From Fibrobacteria bacterium (GTDB taxonomy: Bacteria; Fibrobacterota; Fibrobacteria; UBA11236; JADFYW01), in NCBI GenBank assembly GCA_050294405.1, contig JBNKOC010000009.1, positions 1-64,000 on the forward strand: 64,000 bases of DNA. Reading direction: 5' to 3'. The notes below the pieces were generated by a model. It worked only from the letters and a program-made list of their open reading frames with translations, was not told where the DNA came from and ran no database searches. Below, in pieces: positions 48,318 through 58,647 of this stretch; position 1 is the stretch's first letter; every line of letters starts with the position of its first letter. Position numbers and translations under genes: made by a program.

Positions 48318-48668
48318 TTAACTTTTTTTTGTAGATTTTTTCTTTGGCGGCAGGGAGCTAGCAAAATCCACCCCCATTTTAATCCATTTTTTGAGGGTTT
48401 TTTGAGAAGCTATTTCATGTGGTGAAACGTAAACCATTCCAGTTAAGGCTTTGCCAGTAAAATCCATGGGAGAAGCTCCTGGCAAAAGGAGGGCTTTTTC
48501 ATAATTTTCCTTACCCACTCGCACCATAATTTTATTCCCTATTATGCCTAGGGCCATGTTTCCTCCGATTAAAATACACAATCCTCCAAACATTTTTTTT
48601 TCATCTAAACCCGGAGTGCCTTTTAGATGCACTTTTATTCGTTTTGCCAGTTCAATATCAAAAGCCAT
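48318..48668 (-). CDS. TfoX N-terminal domain protein
   Basis: EKKMFGGL...GNM...MVRVG, PMDFTG, W...FASSLPPK. Confidence 0.85.
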   Translation of the reverse strand: MAFDIELAKRIKVHLKGTPGLDEKKMFGGLCILIGGNMALGIIGNKIMVRVGKENYEKALLLPGASPMDFTGKALTGMVYVSPHEIASQKTLKKWIKMGVDFASSLPPKKKSTKKS

Positions 48669-48737
48669 AATTTTTAATTTACTATTTTAGATGGGTAACT
48701 TGTTTCGATTTTTAATTCAATTTTAATAGGAAATGTT

Positions 48738-49703
48738 ATGAAAATTTTTATAACCGGAGGATCGGGGTTTATAGGCGGCAAATTCATAGAATACTTTTCT
48801 CAAACTAATGAAATTTTTGCCCTTTCGCGATCTGAAAAAAGTGATTTAAAAATAAAAAATTTGGGCGGGATTCCGGTTAGGGGAGATCTATCCCATATTC
48901 CCAGTGAAAAATTAAGCCAATGCGATGTTGTTATCCATTGTGCTGGTTATGTGGAGTCATGGGGTCCAAAATCAATGTACGAAGAAATTAATATTGAAGG
49001 CACCAAAAATATTTTACAATTGGCCAAGGAACATGCTGTTCCAAAATTTATCCAGTTAAGCACAGAAATGGTATGCTTTGACGGAAAGCCTTTGGTGCAA
49101 ATAGATGAGTCCCATCCCTACATGGATAGCCAGAAAAATTTATATGGATGGTCAAAAGCAAAAGCGGAAAAGCAGGTATTAGCAGCCAAGTCAGATAGCT
49201 TTTCGCCCAATGTTATACGCCCCTCCTTTGTGTGGGGTCCGGACGATACAACAGCTTTGCCTATTATTATAGATGCTGTTCAATCGGGCAGGTTTATGTG
49301 GTTGAACAAAGGCCAGGTTAAAAAAAGCACGACTCACATTGATAATTTAATACAGGGTTTGGAATTGGTATTGAATCAGAATATATCTGGCGAGGTGTTT
49401 TTTATCAATGATGGAGAAAGCTGGACCTTTAAAGATTTTATTACCGAGTATGCAAAATCTGCTAATGTTATTATGCCAAATAAAAATATGCCAGGTTTTG
49501 CGGGGCTTGCCATGGGGAACCTGGTAGATTTTGTTTGGAAAATTTTCGGAATAAAATCCCGCCCTCCTATTACCTTTTTAGAGGCCGCCTTCTTAAGCTC
49601 TGAGGTTACTTTGAAAATTGATAAAGCGCGCAAAGAGCTGGGGTACGAGCCAAAAATTTCTGTTAGAAAAGGGCTGGAAATGTTATTAAACTCAGCTCCC
49701 TAA
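48738..49703 (+). CDS. NAD-dependent epimerase/dehydratase (extended SDR)
   Basis: TGGSGFIG, YGWSK, IRPSFVWGP, KARKELGY. Confidence 0.9.
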   Translation: MKIFITGGSGFIGGKFIEYFSQTNEIFALSRSEKSDLKIKNLGGIPVRGDLSHIPSEKLSQCDVVIHCAGYVESWGPKSMYEEINIEGTKNILQLAKEHAVPKFIQLSTEMVCFDGKPLVQIDESHPYMDSQKNLYGWSKAKAEKQVLAAKSDSFSPNVIRPSFVWGPDDTTALPIIIDAVQSGRFMWLNKGQVKKSTTHIDNLIQGLELVLNQNISGEVFFINDGESWTFKDFITEYAKSANVIMPNKNMPGFAGLAMGNLVDFVWKIFGIKSRPPITFLEAAFLSSEVTLKIDKARKELGYEPKISVRKGLEMLLNSAP

Positions 49704-50156
49704 ATCTTTTGTATCGTTGTTCTGGAGGCGCTGTTCCAGCTCCCACAATGCGGTTCTGTCCCCGTCAAAGGAAAGTAAATTCTTTGCCTTAGCTATGGAA
49801 GTCCAGTTGCAGTTGCTATGCTCATTTGAAATTACAACAGGCGACTCTAGAGGAACCTTAAAGGCAAAACAAAATTCTTTTATAACATATGGCGATTTTC
49901 CGTCTTGGTAATGCTTAAACAATCTGGAGGGAAGTGAATTGCAGGTGTCCAGTGGTATTAGTTCAACATTTTTAAACCCTGTTTCTTCCAGGATTTCTCT
50001 AATAGCTGTTTGAGGGGCAGTTTCATCTTCCTCATTTCCACCTGTAACAAACTGCCAAAAGGAAGGTTTTATTCTTTTTAGCAATAGCACTTCGATGCTT
50101 TTATCCTTTTGTCTGAAAGGAATGGCAAGTATTTGAAAAGGAGCTGGAGTAACCAT
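49692..50156 (-). CDS. NUDIX hydrolase (NudB-like)
   Basis: WQFVTGGNEEDETAPQTAIREILEETG Nudix box; SNEH. Confidence 0.85.
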   Translation of the reverse strand: MVTPAPFQILAIPFRQKDKSIEVLLLKRIKPSFWQFVTGGNEEDETAPQTAIREILEETGFKNVELIPLDTCNSLPSRLFKHYQDGKSPYVIKEFCFAFKVPLESPVVISNEHSNCNWTSIAKAKNLLSFDGDRTALWELEQRLQNNDTKDLGS

Positions 50157-50162
50157 AGGAAT

Positions 50163-50795
50163 TTACCGGAATGCTTCCATAAAAATCCCCACAGATAAAA
50201 ACCAGTTGTTGTCACTGGTTAATCTGATGAACCTGTAATCCATTTTTTTTAAGTACCCGGCGTTTATAAAAAACCCATGAGGGGATAAGTAATTGACTCC
50301 CAATCCCGGTAAAAACTGTATCCACAAATTGGTGCGGCCTACAAAAAAATCACTGGTATTCTGAATAAACAGCCCAAAGCTGTTTTGCTTTGGTTTAAAA
50401 CTGGCAGGCGTGGAAAAATCGCTATTTATTTGCCAATGTATCCGCCCATTTGTTATGAGTCTCAGCGTTTGTAAACTAAGGTTTAACATGTTTGAAGGTT
50501 CAGATTGTATAGTTTTCTGCAAGTATGCTAAAGCGGGATTAATGATAATATTGGCGCTAAAATTCGATTTGTCTCTGTTATATGGGTCTTCTGGAAGCCA
50601 AACGAGGGGCAAAACAGATATTTCTGTAAAGATGTTGTCATATTTGCTTTTTGCAGTTGCTTGGATTAGTTCTAGCCTGTAATAATTATTGAAATTTAGC
50701 CACAGTTCAAAATTAGTTGATTGTTCCTGCCTTCCATACACACATGGAAATAAAATAGAACTTAGTGCGCATATTTTTAATAAGCTACGCATCAT
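50163..50795 (-). CDS. Hypothetical exported protein
   Basis: Signal-like N-terminus, beta-rich C-terminus. Confidence 0.55.
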   Translation of the reverse strand: MMRSLLKICALSSILFPCVYGRQEQSTNFELWLNFNNYYRLELIQATAKSKYDNIFTEISVLPLVWLPEDPYNRDKSNFSANIIINPALAYLQKTIQSEPSNMLNLSLQTLRLITNGRIHWQINSDFSTPASFKPKQNSFGLFIQNTSDFFVGRTNLWIQFLPGLGVNYLSPHGFFINAGYLKKMDYRFIRLTSDNNWFLSVGIFMEAFR

Positions 50796-50811
50796 TCTTT
50801 GCGGATAAAAA

Positions 50812-52413
50812 TTATAATATAGTTAAGGATTTTTTTATGGAATAAGGAAATTGCGGAGATAGCCATTCCACCCAATACTTTCCGCTTTGCAATTTTTTTG
50901 TTTTTCCCGATAACTCCACTTTGGATTCTGCTTTTAACTGGAAAATCTTATGTCCTTTTGCGTTATATATATTTATTATCCCATCCACATTTTGCGCTTT
51001 AAGTCTGATGACCAAATTTCCTGAATTACTGGAATAGCTAGAAGGGAAAATAAGCTCTGGAGAACTCCCCTTAAAAGATTTGATGCTAATTATGCCTGAA
51101 TTGACATTGTTTTCCAAGGGAATTCCCACCAGGGCATTTGCCTGGTCATTTATATATTCTTCGATGTTAGTATATCCATCGGCATCGTGGTCCAGATTGT
51201 AATCTTCTCCATCCTCAGAATCAAAACCCATTTCATCTTCCCAAACATCAGGCATACCATCTTTGTCCGCATCGGCAAAAGGTTCATCCCCGCTTTCAAT
51301 TAAGGGGTCATCAATTTTCCTTAGTTGACCGGTTCCTGCATTAAATTCGCCCACTGTTCTGGTATTCATAGGATCTCTGGGCCACACGCCAACCCGGCTT
51401 AAAACAGCGATTAATGACTCCTGAACAGGCAGGGTTGTGACTTCGGGGGTGGGGAAGGGTTCATCCACAATAAGCGGCTCAGAATATCTTAAATCAAGAA
51501 CATCGGTAGAACTCTCTCCATTTTTTTGAATCCAAAAATTATCCGCCTCGTAGACTTCCGCACAGTCTCTTAAGTTTACCGGGGCAGTTTCTCCTGAGCA
51601 ATCTTCCTCTGTATCCGGTCCGGCTTTAAAATAATTTCCAACTACATTCCATTGAACGGTGCTCCCACATTTATCAATGGGAAGGAAACGACAGGTTTCG
51701 CTGTTATAGGCCACATTGTTTCTGTAATCTATTAATCCATTATCCGGGGGACCTTCATTTTCCCAATGCATATGAGGACCACCGCGGGTGACGTGGTGGG
51801 CGAAGAAATTGTGATGAAGGCTTATATGAGAAGTGGGAGGATAAGCCAATAGCATTCCGTAGGTTTGTCCCTCGCCTGAATTGGCGATAGTTGACCAGGA
51901 AACGGTAAAATGATGGGAGTAAGTTATATCAAAGGCTTCATCACTTGCTCCCGAAAAATCACAGTGATCGACTACAATGTTATGGACCTCGTTAAATGAG
52001 ATGTTATCATAATTTCCATCACCTCTAAATCTGATGAATCGAAATACGGCATCGTGAAAGCCTTCTTTGTAGGACTGCATGGTTGTGCCGTGGGTTTGTT
52101 TAAGGGTGATTCCCCCTGGGGATGTTTGACCAGCCACAGTAACATAGGAGTGTTCTTCGGCAAGTCCGGTAATATCTGGATCGACAATCACGCCAGATAC
52201 TTGAAAGACAATAATTCGAGGTTCTGGAGTTAACATGGCTTCTGAAAATGAACCAGGCCCCGAAGAATTTAAATTACTGACAATGATAACTTTTCCCCCG
52301 CGTCCGCCTGGAGTATCTGTGCCCCAACCTTGCGCACCGGAAAAAGCGGGTAAAGTCCATGTATTGTTCATGGAAAAAGCAAATAATATGGTAAATAAGT
52401 ATGAGTGTTTCAT
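50812..52413 (-). CDS. Pectate lyase-like (PL1) protein with Ca-binding repeats and secretion CTD
   Basis: PAFSGAQGWG...GGRGG...GPGS, AGQTSPGG, VVDH, DADKDGMPDVWE, DGYTNIEEY, IYNAKG...GKY CTD. Confidence 0.85.
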   Translation of the reverse strand: MKHSYLFTILFAFSMNNTWTLPAFSGAQGWGTDTPGGRGGKVIIVSNLNSSGPGSFSEAMLTPEPRIIVFQVSGVIVDPDITGLAEEHSYVTVAGQTSPGGITLKQTHGTTMQSYKEGFHDAVFRFIRFRGDGNYDNISFNEVHNIVVDHCDFSGASDEAFDITYSHHFTVSWSTIANSGEGQTYGMLLAYPPTSHISLHHNFFAHHVTRGGPHMHWENEGPPDNGLIDYRNNVAYNSETCRFLPIDKCGSTVQWNVVGNYFKAGPDTEEDCSGETAPVNLRDCAEVYEADNFWIQKNGESSTDVLDLRYSEPLIVDEPFPTPEVTTLPVQESLIAVLSRVGVWPRDPMNTRTVGEFNAGTGQLRKIDDPLIESGDEPFADADKDGMPDVWEDEMGFDSEDGEDYNLDHDADGYTNIEEYINDQANALVGIPLENNVNSGIISIKSFKGSSPELIFPSSYSSNSGNLVIRLKAQNVDGIINIYNAKGHKIFQLKAESKVELSGKTKKLQSGKYWVEWLSPQFPYSIKKSLTIL

Positions 52414-52683
52414 GGCTTTATTATATTATTTTTGATGTTGCTATCCCAACCATTCTCTTTCAAAACTTTTTCAGAAATATTTTTTAACACCCTGCTGAAT
52501 TAGTTGCAGAGTTTGGTTCAGGGCTGTGCGTTCTAAAATAGGGGAGTTTTAGGCAGCTCGTTAAGGATGGAATTTTAAAAACAAATAGTTTAAAATAATT
52601 AAACAAAATTTCTACGCAAATGGCAATTAGGAAGGCTATTCTGGATACAATCCCTAAATTTATTTGAGGGAGGGGAACCTATT

Positions 52684-54717
52684 TTGAAAATTTCAATTTT
52701 ATGCCGGATTGGCAGTTTTTGCCTTTTTTCCTTTAGTTTGACCGTTGGCCAGCGTCAGATGGAAGGCATCGATAGGGGAGCTATTTGTTTCAGGGATGGT
52801 GGAGCGAATATTATCAGCTGGAGAATGCTGGGTACGGAAGCCTATTCAGATGCTTTTAACCTATATCTGAATGGAGAAAAAATAAATTCGGAGCCCATTG
52901 AAAATGCCACCATGTTCAGACATAACGGGGCATCCCAAAATTCCATCTATAGCATTGAAAAAATCACTGAGGAAATGGCTGTTATGGTTGCGGAGGATGT
53001 GGAATGCCAGGAATCAAATTTTATTCGTATTCCCCTGAAAACCCTGAATGGAAATGTTCCCAACGACGCTAGCATCGGAGACCTGGATGGTGACGGCCAA
53101 TTCGAATTGGTGCTTAAGCAGGAAATGAATCCGCAGGATAATTCAAATGGGGGTTATACCGGTGAGACCAAATTGGAAGCCTATGAATTTGATGGAACTT
53201 TAATGTGGCGGATTAACATGGGCAAAAATATAAGAGAGGGAGCCCATTACACTCAGTTTATTGTTTACGATTTTGATGGTGACGGCAAAGCGGAGCTGGC
53301 TGCAAAAACTGCTGATGGAACTATTGATGGCAAAGGAACGGTTATTGGAAATGCGCAAGCGGATCATAGAAATTCCGACGGTTACATCATGAAAGGACCT
53401 GAGTTTTTAACCATGTTCGATGGCGAAACGGGAGAAGCCCTTTCAACAGTTGATTATATCGTTCCCAGAGGAGATGTATGTGAATGGGGCGATCCCAATT
53501 GCACTGTATATGCAAATCGGGTTGATAGATTCTTGGGGGGAGTAGCCTATTTAAATGGTGAAAAGCCAAGTCTTATTATGTCCCGAGGCTATTATACCCG
53601 CACCGTAATTGCAGCCTGGGATTTTGACAATAAAGAATTGAAATCAAGGTGGGTATTTGATACTAAACAAAATGGACGTAGAAATTATGAAGGGCAGGGT
53701 AACCACCAAATAAGTATTGCTGATGTTGATGAAGACGGCAAAGATGAAATTGTATTCGGAGCTATGGTGGTAGATGATAACGGGGAAGGGTTATACTCAA
53801 CTGGACTTGGCCATGGAGATGCTTTACATGTAAGTGATTTAGTTCCAGGCCGCCCCGGGTTGGAGGTTTTCGATATTCAGGAAAGAGTCGATAATGAGGG
53901 CGCTCATTTGAGAGATGCAAGAACAGGTGAATTGCTTTTTACCTTACCATCGAGTAGTTCCAGTAATGAAGGGCCAGGAAGAGCTATGGCCGCAGATGTT
54001 GATGCGAGGTATCCTGGCGCAGAGTACTGGGTGTCTGGTGGCGGAATATCCGGTATGTTTAATGCGAATGGGGAGCGAATTGGAAACACGCCTCAATCTG
54101 TTAATTTTGCTATTTGGTGGGATGGCGATTTAAGCCGTGAGTTGCTAAATAGCAATGTTGTACAAAAAGTAGGGGTAAATGACCCCATTTTTACGGCCAA
54201 CGGATGTACTTCCAACAACGGAACAAAAAGCACACCCGCTTTAAGCGCAGATTTGTTTGGCGATTGGCGAGAGGAAATCATCCTTAAGTGCGGGAACAAC
54301 GAATTGAGAGTGTTTTTATCTCCCTACGAAACCCAGTATAAATTTCCCACACTGCTCCATGACCCCCTATACAGAATTGGCATTGCCTGGCAAAATGTAG
54401 CCTACAATCAACCGCCCCACACCAGTTTCTTTTTAGGCAATGATATGGAATACCCTATTCCCAATCCGGATATATATTTGACTGATGTAAAGACCCAAAA
54501 AAGAGTTTACGCACATAAAAAATCTCAATTATTGGTCTGGTCAAATGAAGAAGGAATTATCAGAATACCCGCTGCTTTTTCCGGATATACGTCTTTTGCT
54601 GTTTATAACATTAAAGGAAAGATGCTGGGAGTATATTCTGCAAACCCGGGAAAAGTCACTTTAAATTATCCGGATTTTGGGAAAAATCAATTACATATTT
54701 TGAAAAAGATTTATTGA
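52684..54717 (+). CDS. Rhamnogalacturonan lyase (PL11, YesW/YesX-like)
   Basis: ISWRML, DLDGDG, NIREGAHYTQF, SRGYYTR, GQGNH, GHGDALH, NGTKSTP, QNVAYNQPPH; YNIKGK CTD. Confidence 0.93.
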   Translation: MKISILCRIGSFCLFSFSLTVGQRQMEGIDRGAICFRDGGANIISWRMLGTEAYSDAFNLYLNGEKINSEPIENATMFRHNGASQNSIYSIEKITEEMAVMVAEDVECQESNFIRIPLKTLNGNVPNDASIGDLDGDGQFELVLKQEMNPQDNSNGGYTGETKLEAYEFDGTLMWRINMGKNIREGAHYTQFIVYDFDGDGKAELAAKTADGTIDGKGTVIGNAQADHRNSDGYIMKGPEFLTMFDGETGEALSTVDYIVPRGDVCEWGDPNCTVYANRVDRFLGGVAYLNGEKPSLIMSRGYYTRTVIAAWDFDNKELKSRWVFDTKQNGRRNYEGQGNHQISIADVDEDGKDEIVFGAMVVDDNGEGLYSTGLGHGDALHVSDLVPGRPGLEVFDIQERVDNEGAHLRDARTGELLFTLPSSSSSNEGPGRAMAADVDARYPGAEYWVSGGGISGMFNANGERIGNTPQSVNFAIWWDGDLSRELLNSNVVQKVGVNDPIFTANGCTSNNGTKSTPALSADLFGDWREEIILKCGNNELRVFLSPYETQYKFPTLLHDPLYRIGIAWQNVAYNQPPHTSFFLGNDMEYPIPNPDIYLTDVKTQKRVYAHKKSQLLVWSNEEGIIRIPAAFSGYTSFAVYNIKGKMLGVYSANPGKVTLNYPDFGKNQLHILKKIY

Positions 54718-56441
54718 TCCTCTTCATTGACAAAGTAATTGAATGTTTCGTGTTCATGGTGATGGATGATTTCAAATAAACCTGCTGCGGTTTTTGCCTT
54801 AAATAATTGCTCTCTGATATGCTTGTTTTCAACAAGCTTTACAATTTCAGCTAACACTTTTAAATGTTTAGTGCCTTTTTTCTTAGGGGTTAAAAGCATT
54901 ATCATCAGGTAAACTGGTTTTCCATCAGGAGCATCGCACTCCAAGCCATTGGGAATCAGTCCAATAGCACCCAGAATATCATCCGCTCCTTCTGAAACAA
55001 TTCCATGAGGTATAGCTATTCCATCGCCAAGAGCGGTGCTTTGTTCCTTTTCCCGTTCAAGAACAATGGATTCAAAGTGTTCCAGGTTATCCATGGATAA
55101 ATTATGAGAACGGATTAAAAATCGAACTAACTCCTGTATTGCTTCTTCCTTGGTAGTGGCCTTCAGGTTGGGGTGAATAAACTCTTCTCCCAGGAAGGAA
55201 ATGATTTTTTCCCTGTCCTGCCCGGCTTCTCCGGATTTATTTAATGAAAATTTAACAAGTATGGGTCCGATAAATTCATTGATGTTTACAGAAACCAGAA
55301 CTATGGCAGTTAATAAGCCCATATAAGGCTTGAGCTCTTCAATTTGATATGCAAGTACAATTAACCCTATGGATAGACCTGCCTGGGGCAAGGTAGTAAG
55401 GCCTAAAAAGTTTCGAATTCTTTTGGGGCTCCGTGTAATAAAACTCCCCAGGTAAGAACCTATATATTTGCCTCCAAATCGGGCAATTATAAAACCCATA
55501 ATGTATAGAGCTGCCGGTTGAAAACTTGAAAAATTTACATGGGTTCCAGCCAGGCCGAAAAATAAAACAATAATCAGATGTTGGATATCTTCAAAAGTAT
55601 TTATAATGCTCGCTCTGTGTGTCCCAGAATTGGATATGTAAATACCCATAAACAAGCAGGGCATCATAGGGTTTATCTTAAGGGCCAGGCAAATTCCGGC
55701 AGTCGCCATTATTAAAAAAAAGACACCGGTGAGCATTTCTCCCGGGTGACTGGAAAATTTAGCAGCTAACCGCTTAAGGCTATAGCCCATAATCCAGGCA
55801 ATAAATCCTCCTAAAACCAATTCCCTGCCACTTATCAAAAGGGAGTTGTAAAGCCTAATTAAAACATCTTCTTTACCAGAATGGGAGTGGCCAATAAAAT
55901 TTAAGGTAAAACCAAAAAGGATGATACAAGCCACATTGTTAATAGCCACCATTGGCAGTAATGTGTTGATGAGGGTTCCTTTTGCCTTTGTTTCCTGAAC
56001 CAGGGTGATGGTAGTGGCAGGAGCTGTTTCCAAAGCAATAGCTGCTAATAAGAAGGAAACATAAGGGGATAGTTCGAAGAAATAAAAACAGAGCGCAAAG
56101 ACAAAACCAAAAGTAAGGCTGATTTCAAAAAAGGAGGTGATAAAAATTCGGCGCCCTGAATTTTTCAGCTTATGGAAGTTTATATGAGTCCCTATTGTTA
56201 AGGACATTAATCCCAAAGCGATGTAATTTATTATCTCGAGGGTCTCATTTGTTTTTTCGCTGATTAGGTTTAGGATGTCGTGGCCCATAAAGACTCCGCC
56301 AGCCATGTAACCTAAAATAGATGGAAGCCTTAGTTTTTTGGCAATTTCACCAAATATCAAACAGAAAAAAATAAGTAGTGGAACGGAGGACATTAGCCCT
56401 CCATCTCTCACAAAGTTCTGAAATTCTTTGAGTTCTTCCAC
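54711..56441 (-). CDS. Cation:proton antiporter fused to a PTS EIIA (Ntr/Fru-type) domain
   Basis: Multi-TM domain (TAPATT, ARFGGK, LPQAGL) plus LEREK..STALGDGIAIPHG...DGKPV. Confidence 0.88.
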   Translation of the reverse strand: MEELKEFQNFVRDGGLMSSVPLLIFFCLIFGEIAKKLRLPSILGYMAGGVFMGHDILNLISEKTNETLEIINYIALGLMSLTIGTHINFHKLKNSGRRIFITSFFEISLTFGFVFALCFYFFELSPYVSFLLAAIALETAPATTITLVQETKAKGTLINTLLPMVAINNVACIILFGFTLNFIGHSHSGKEDVLIRLYNSLLISGRELVLGGFIAWIMGYSLKRLAAKFSSHPGEMLTGVFFLIMATAGICLALKINPMMPCLFMGIYISNSGTHRASIINTFEDIQHLIIVLFFGLAGTHVNFSSFQPAALYIMGFIIARFGGKYIGSYLGSFITRSPKRIRNFLGLTTLPQAGLSIGLIVLAYQIEELKPYMGLLTAIVLVSVNINEFIGPILVKFSLNKSGEAGQDREKIISFLGEEFIHPNLKATTKEEAIQELVRFLIRSHNLSMDNLEHFESIVLEREKEQSTALGDGIAIPHGIVSEGADDILGAIGLIPNGLECDAPDGKPVYLMIMLLTPKKKGTKHLKVLAEIVKLVENKHIREQLFKAKTAAGLFEIIHHHEHETFNYFVNEEDQ

Positions 56442-56580
56442 AGTATAAAAATCAAAAATATAAGTTTTTGAGAGCCAATTATTAACAGCTTACTTCATGC
56501 TAGATTATAAAAAAGCTAGGAAAAATGGAATTTCCGATAAAATGGGGGTTTTTGTGACGCTGTACCTCATATAAATATTT

Positions 56581-56940
56581 TCAAGATTTTAATTTATTAA
56601 TTAAAACTTCCATAAGAGACTGGGTGTTGGCGATTTTGCCAAGCTCAGTCGCGTTTAAGATGATATGAATACTTGGATCTTTTGCTAAAACACAGGGGTA
56701 ATTATCCAGTTTTCCAAAGCTCTTTTCGTATTCATCTTTATGGTAAAAGTGAAATGACCATTGTGGGTTTTCATTCTGGAATTTTTTCCAAATTTTATTT
56801 CCTGAAAAGTGCCCGTGTGTGAGCTTACATAAATCGCAGGAATAAGTGGAGGGCATTAATATTTTATGGGCTATATCAATCATGGCATTGAGTTTGCCGC
56901 TATTAGCGTTATATACAAAAATAAGTTCTTTGGTTTCCAT
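56581..56940 (-). CDS. Conserved hypothetical protein with CxxC (YSCDLC)
   Basis: LIFVYNANSG...AHKI..P.TYSCDLCKLTHG...F.HKDE; ATG overlaps the rlmI stop. Confidence 0.7.
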   Translation of the reverse strand: METKELIFVYNANSGKLNAMIDIAHKILMPSTYSCDLCKLTHGHFSGNKIWKKFQNENPQWSFHFYHKDEYEKSFGKLDNYPCVLAKDPSIHIILNATELGKIANTQSLMEVLINKLKS

Positions 56941-58136
56941 TAATTTATCTGGCAAAGCAAGCCCTTAAGATAAAGCCCCTCTGGAAAATTTAGCCCAACA
57001 CTGTGGCAAAAATTCTGAGAGAGATGCTTTAATATTTTGGCGTTTTGGCCCGCATCGAGAGCTGCATCGAAAACAATTTTTTGGAAAAGATCTCTGGTCA
57101 TTAAACCGGAGCAGGAAAATGTAAACAATAACCCACCTGGATTTAACAATTGGAAAGCCAGTAAATTAATATCCTTGTATCCTCTGCATCCCTTATTGAA
57201 ACTTGATTTTGAGTCGATAAACTTTGGCGGGTCTAAAATGATTACATCATATTTTTGGTTTTGCCCAACTGCTTTTCTCAGGAACTGGAAAACATCTCCT
57301 TTTACAGAACTACACAATGAAGGAGAAATGTGATTTAGCGTTTGGTTTTTTTGACTGAGTTTTAATACTTCTTCTGAGGTATCCACTTCCGTAATCTCTT
57401 TTGCACCGCCTATGGCGCTGGCTACGGTAAATCCGCCGGTGTAAGAAAAACAGTTTAGTACGGATTTATTTTGAACAAAACCTTTCACAATGTTTCGGTT
57501 TTCAGTCTGGTCTAGATAAAACCCTGTTTTATGCCCTGCTTCCAAATCTACCAAAATCTGATATCCATTTTCATTTATAATAAGTTCATTTTCAGGCTTA
57601 TTCCCATACAACCATTCTGTAACTTTTTTTAGCCCTTCTTTTTTACGGGAGGATGTATCTGATCGGTTTATGATAGCCTTTGGTTTTATAACTTTAACCA
57701 ATGCCTTTATTATTTTTTCCTTGAAGAATTCGGCTCCGGTGGCATTTATTTGAATACTGACATATCCCTCGTAGTAATCTGCAATAAAGCCGGGGATGCC
57801 GTCATTTTCTCCGTTTACAATTCTAAAAGAGTGGTTATTCCAATTTGTACCTAAAATTGAGGCTTTTTGCTCCCAACAAGATTGGATAATTCTTTGGAAA
57901 AAAGCGCCATCTATGGAGTCTTCAGTATTAAAACTCCATACCCTAACTCTAATTTGGGAAGCAGGAGAAAAAGAACCTAAAGCCAAGGGCCTTTTTTTAG
58001 AACTCTGCACCAATACAACCTCTCCGGGTAAAATTTTACTGGAGTTGCTAATGTTAAGGATAGCTCCTGAAAATACCCAAGGGTGTTTTAATAGCAGGGA
58101 TTTTTCCCTGCCTGGTTTAAGCGTAACGATGTTCAT
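56940..58136 (-). CDS. rlmI: 23S rRNA m5C1962 methyltransferase RlmI family
   Basis: PUA domain HPWVFSGA, GHKTGFYLDQ, LNCFSYTGGF, ILDPP, TFSCSG, FPEGLYLKG. Confidence 0.9.
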   Translation of the reverse strand: MNIVTLKPGREKSLLLKHPWVFSGAILNISNSSKILPGEVVLVQSSKKRPLALGSFSPASQIRVRVWSFNTEDSIDGAFFQRIIQSCWEQKASILGTNWNNHSFRIVNGENDGIPGFIADYYEGYVSIQINATGAEFFKEKIIKALVKVIKPKAIINRSDTSSRKKEGLKKVTEWLYGNKPENELIINENGYQILVDLEAGHKTGFYLDQTENRNIVKGFVQNKSVLNCFSYTGGFTVASAIGGAKEITEVDTSEEVLKLSQKNQTLNHISPSLCSSVKGDVFQFLRKAVGQNQKYDVIILDPPKFIDSKSSFNKGCRGYKDINLLAFQLLNPGGLLFTFSCSGLMTRDLFQKIVFDAALDAGQNAKILKHLSQNFCHSVGLNFPEGLYLKGLLCQIN

Positions 58137-58167
58137 GTATTGTGTTTTATGTAAAAGGAGCCCTTAA

Positions 58168-58623
58168 TTATTTCTTAACATTGGATTCGTAAATTTGAAT
58201 CCACATTTTTGGAGTTATTTTTTTACAAAGCTGGGCTATAAGTTTATGGGGAATGTTTTCTGGTTTTTTAAAGCGAATGCAGCTTTTTCCCATATCTAAT
58301 TTTTGTGGAACCTGCTTAGCGTATTCCATTTGAAACCAGTTTAATAATTCGGGGTTAGCATATATGCCCATATGGTAGAATCCAATAAAATTTTTTTGGA
58401 GAGCAAGGTTAATAAAAGGCAAGGGTAATTTTGGATCGCAATGGTATCCAGGGGGATATAGGGAATGGGGGACAACATAACCAAGCATTCCGTAATTCAT
58501 GGTTTCCTCAAAGCCTTTTGGCAAGCTTTTTAAAACCGTATTTCTTAACTTCAAGAAGTCTTCGCGCTTGTCAGCAGGTAATGCTTTTATGTATTCATCA
58601 GCTGTTTTGGCAGGATATTTCAT
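58168..58623 (-). CDS. DUF1801 domain protein
   Basis: YGMLGYVVPHSLYP.GYHC, QKN, DMGKSCIRFKK. Confidence 0.85.
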   Translation of the reverse strand: MKYPAKTADEYIKALPADKREDFLKLRNTVLKSLPKGFEETMNYGMLGYVVPHSLYPPGYHCDPKLPLPFINLALQKNFIGFYHMGIYANPELLNWFQMEYAKQVPQKLDMGKSCIRFKKPENIPHKLIAQLCKKITPKMWIQIYESNVKK

Positions 58624-58647
58624 GCAAGCAATTTATAAAATTTTCCA

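Noticed and set aside
52521..52560. Possible third copy of the TIR element (CTAAAA...TTTTAGGCAGC)
   Set aside because: Only a short weak hairpin; lacks the GGGCAGCTCTAAAAATTG end and the internal motifs.
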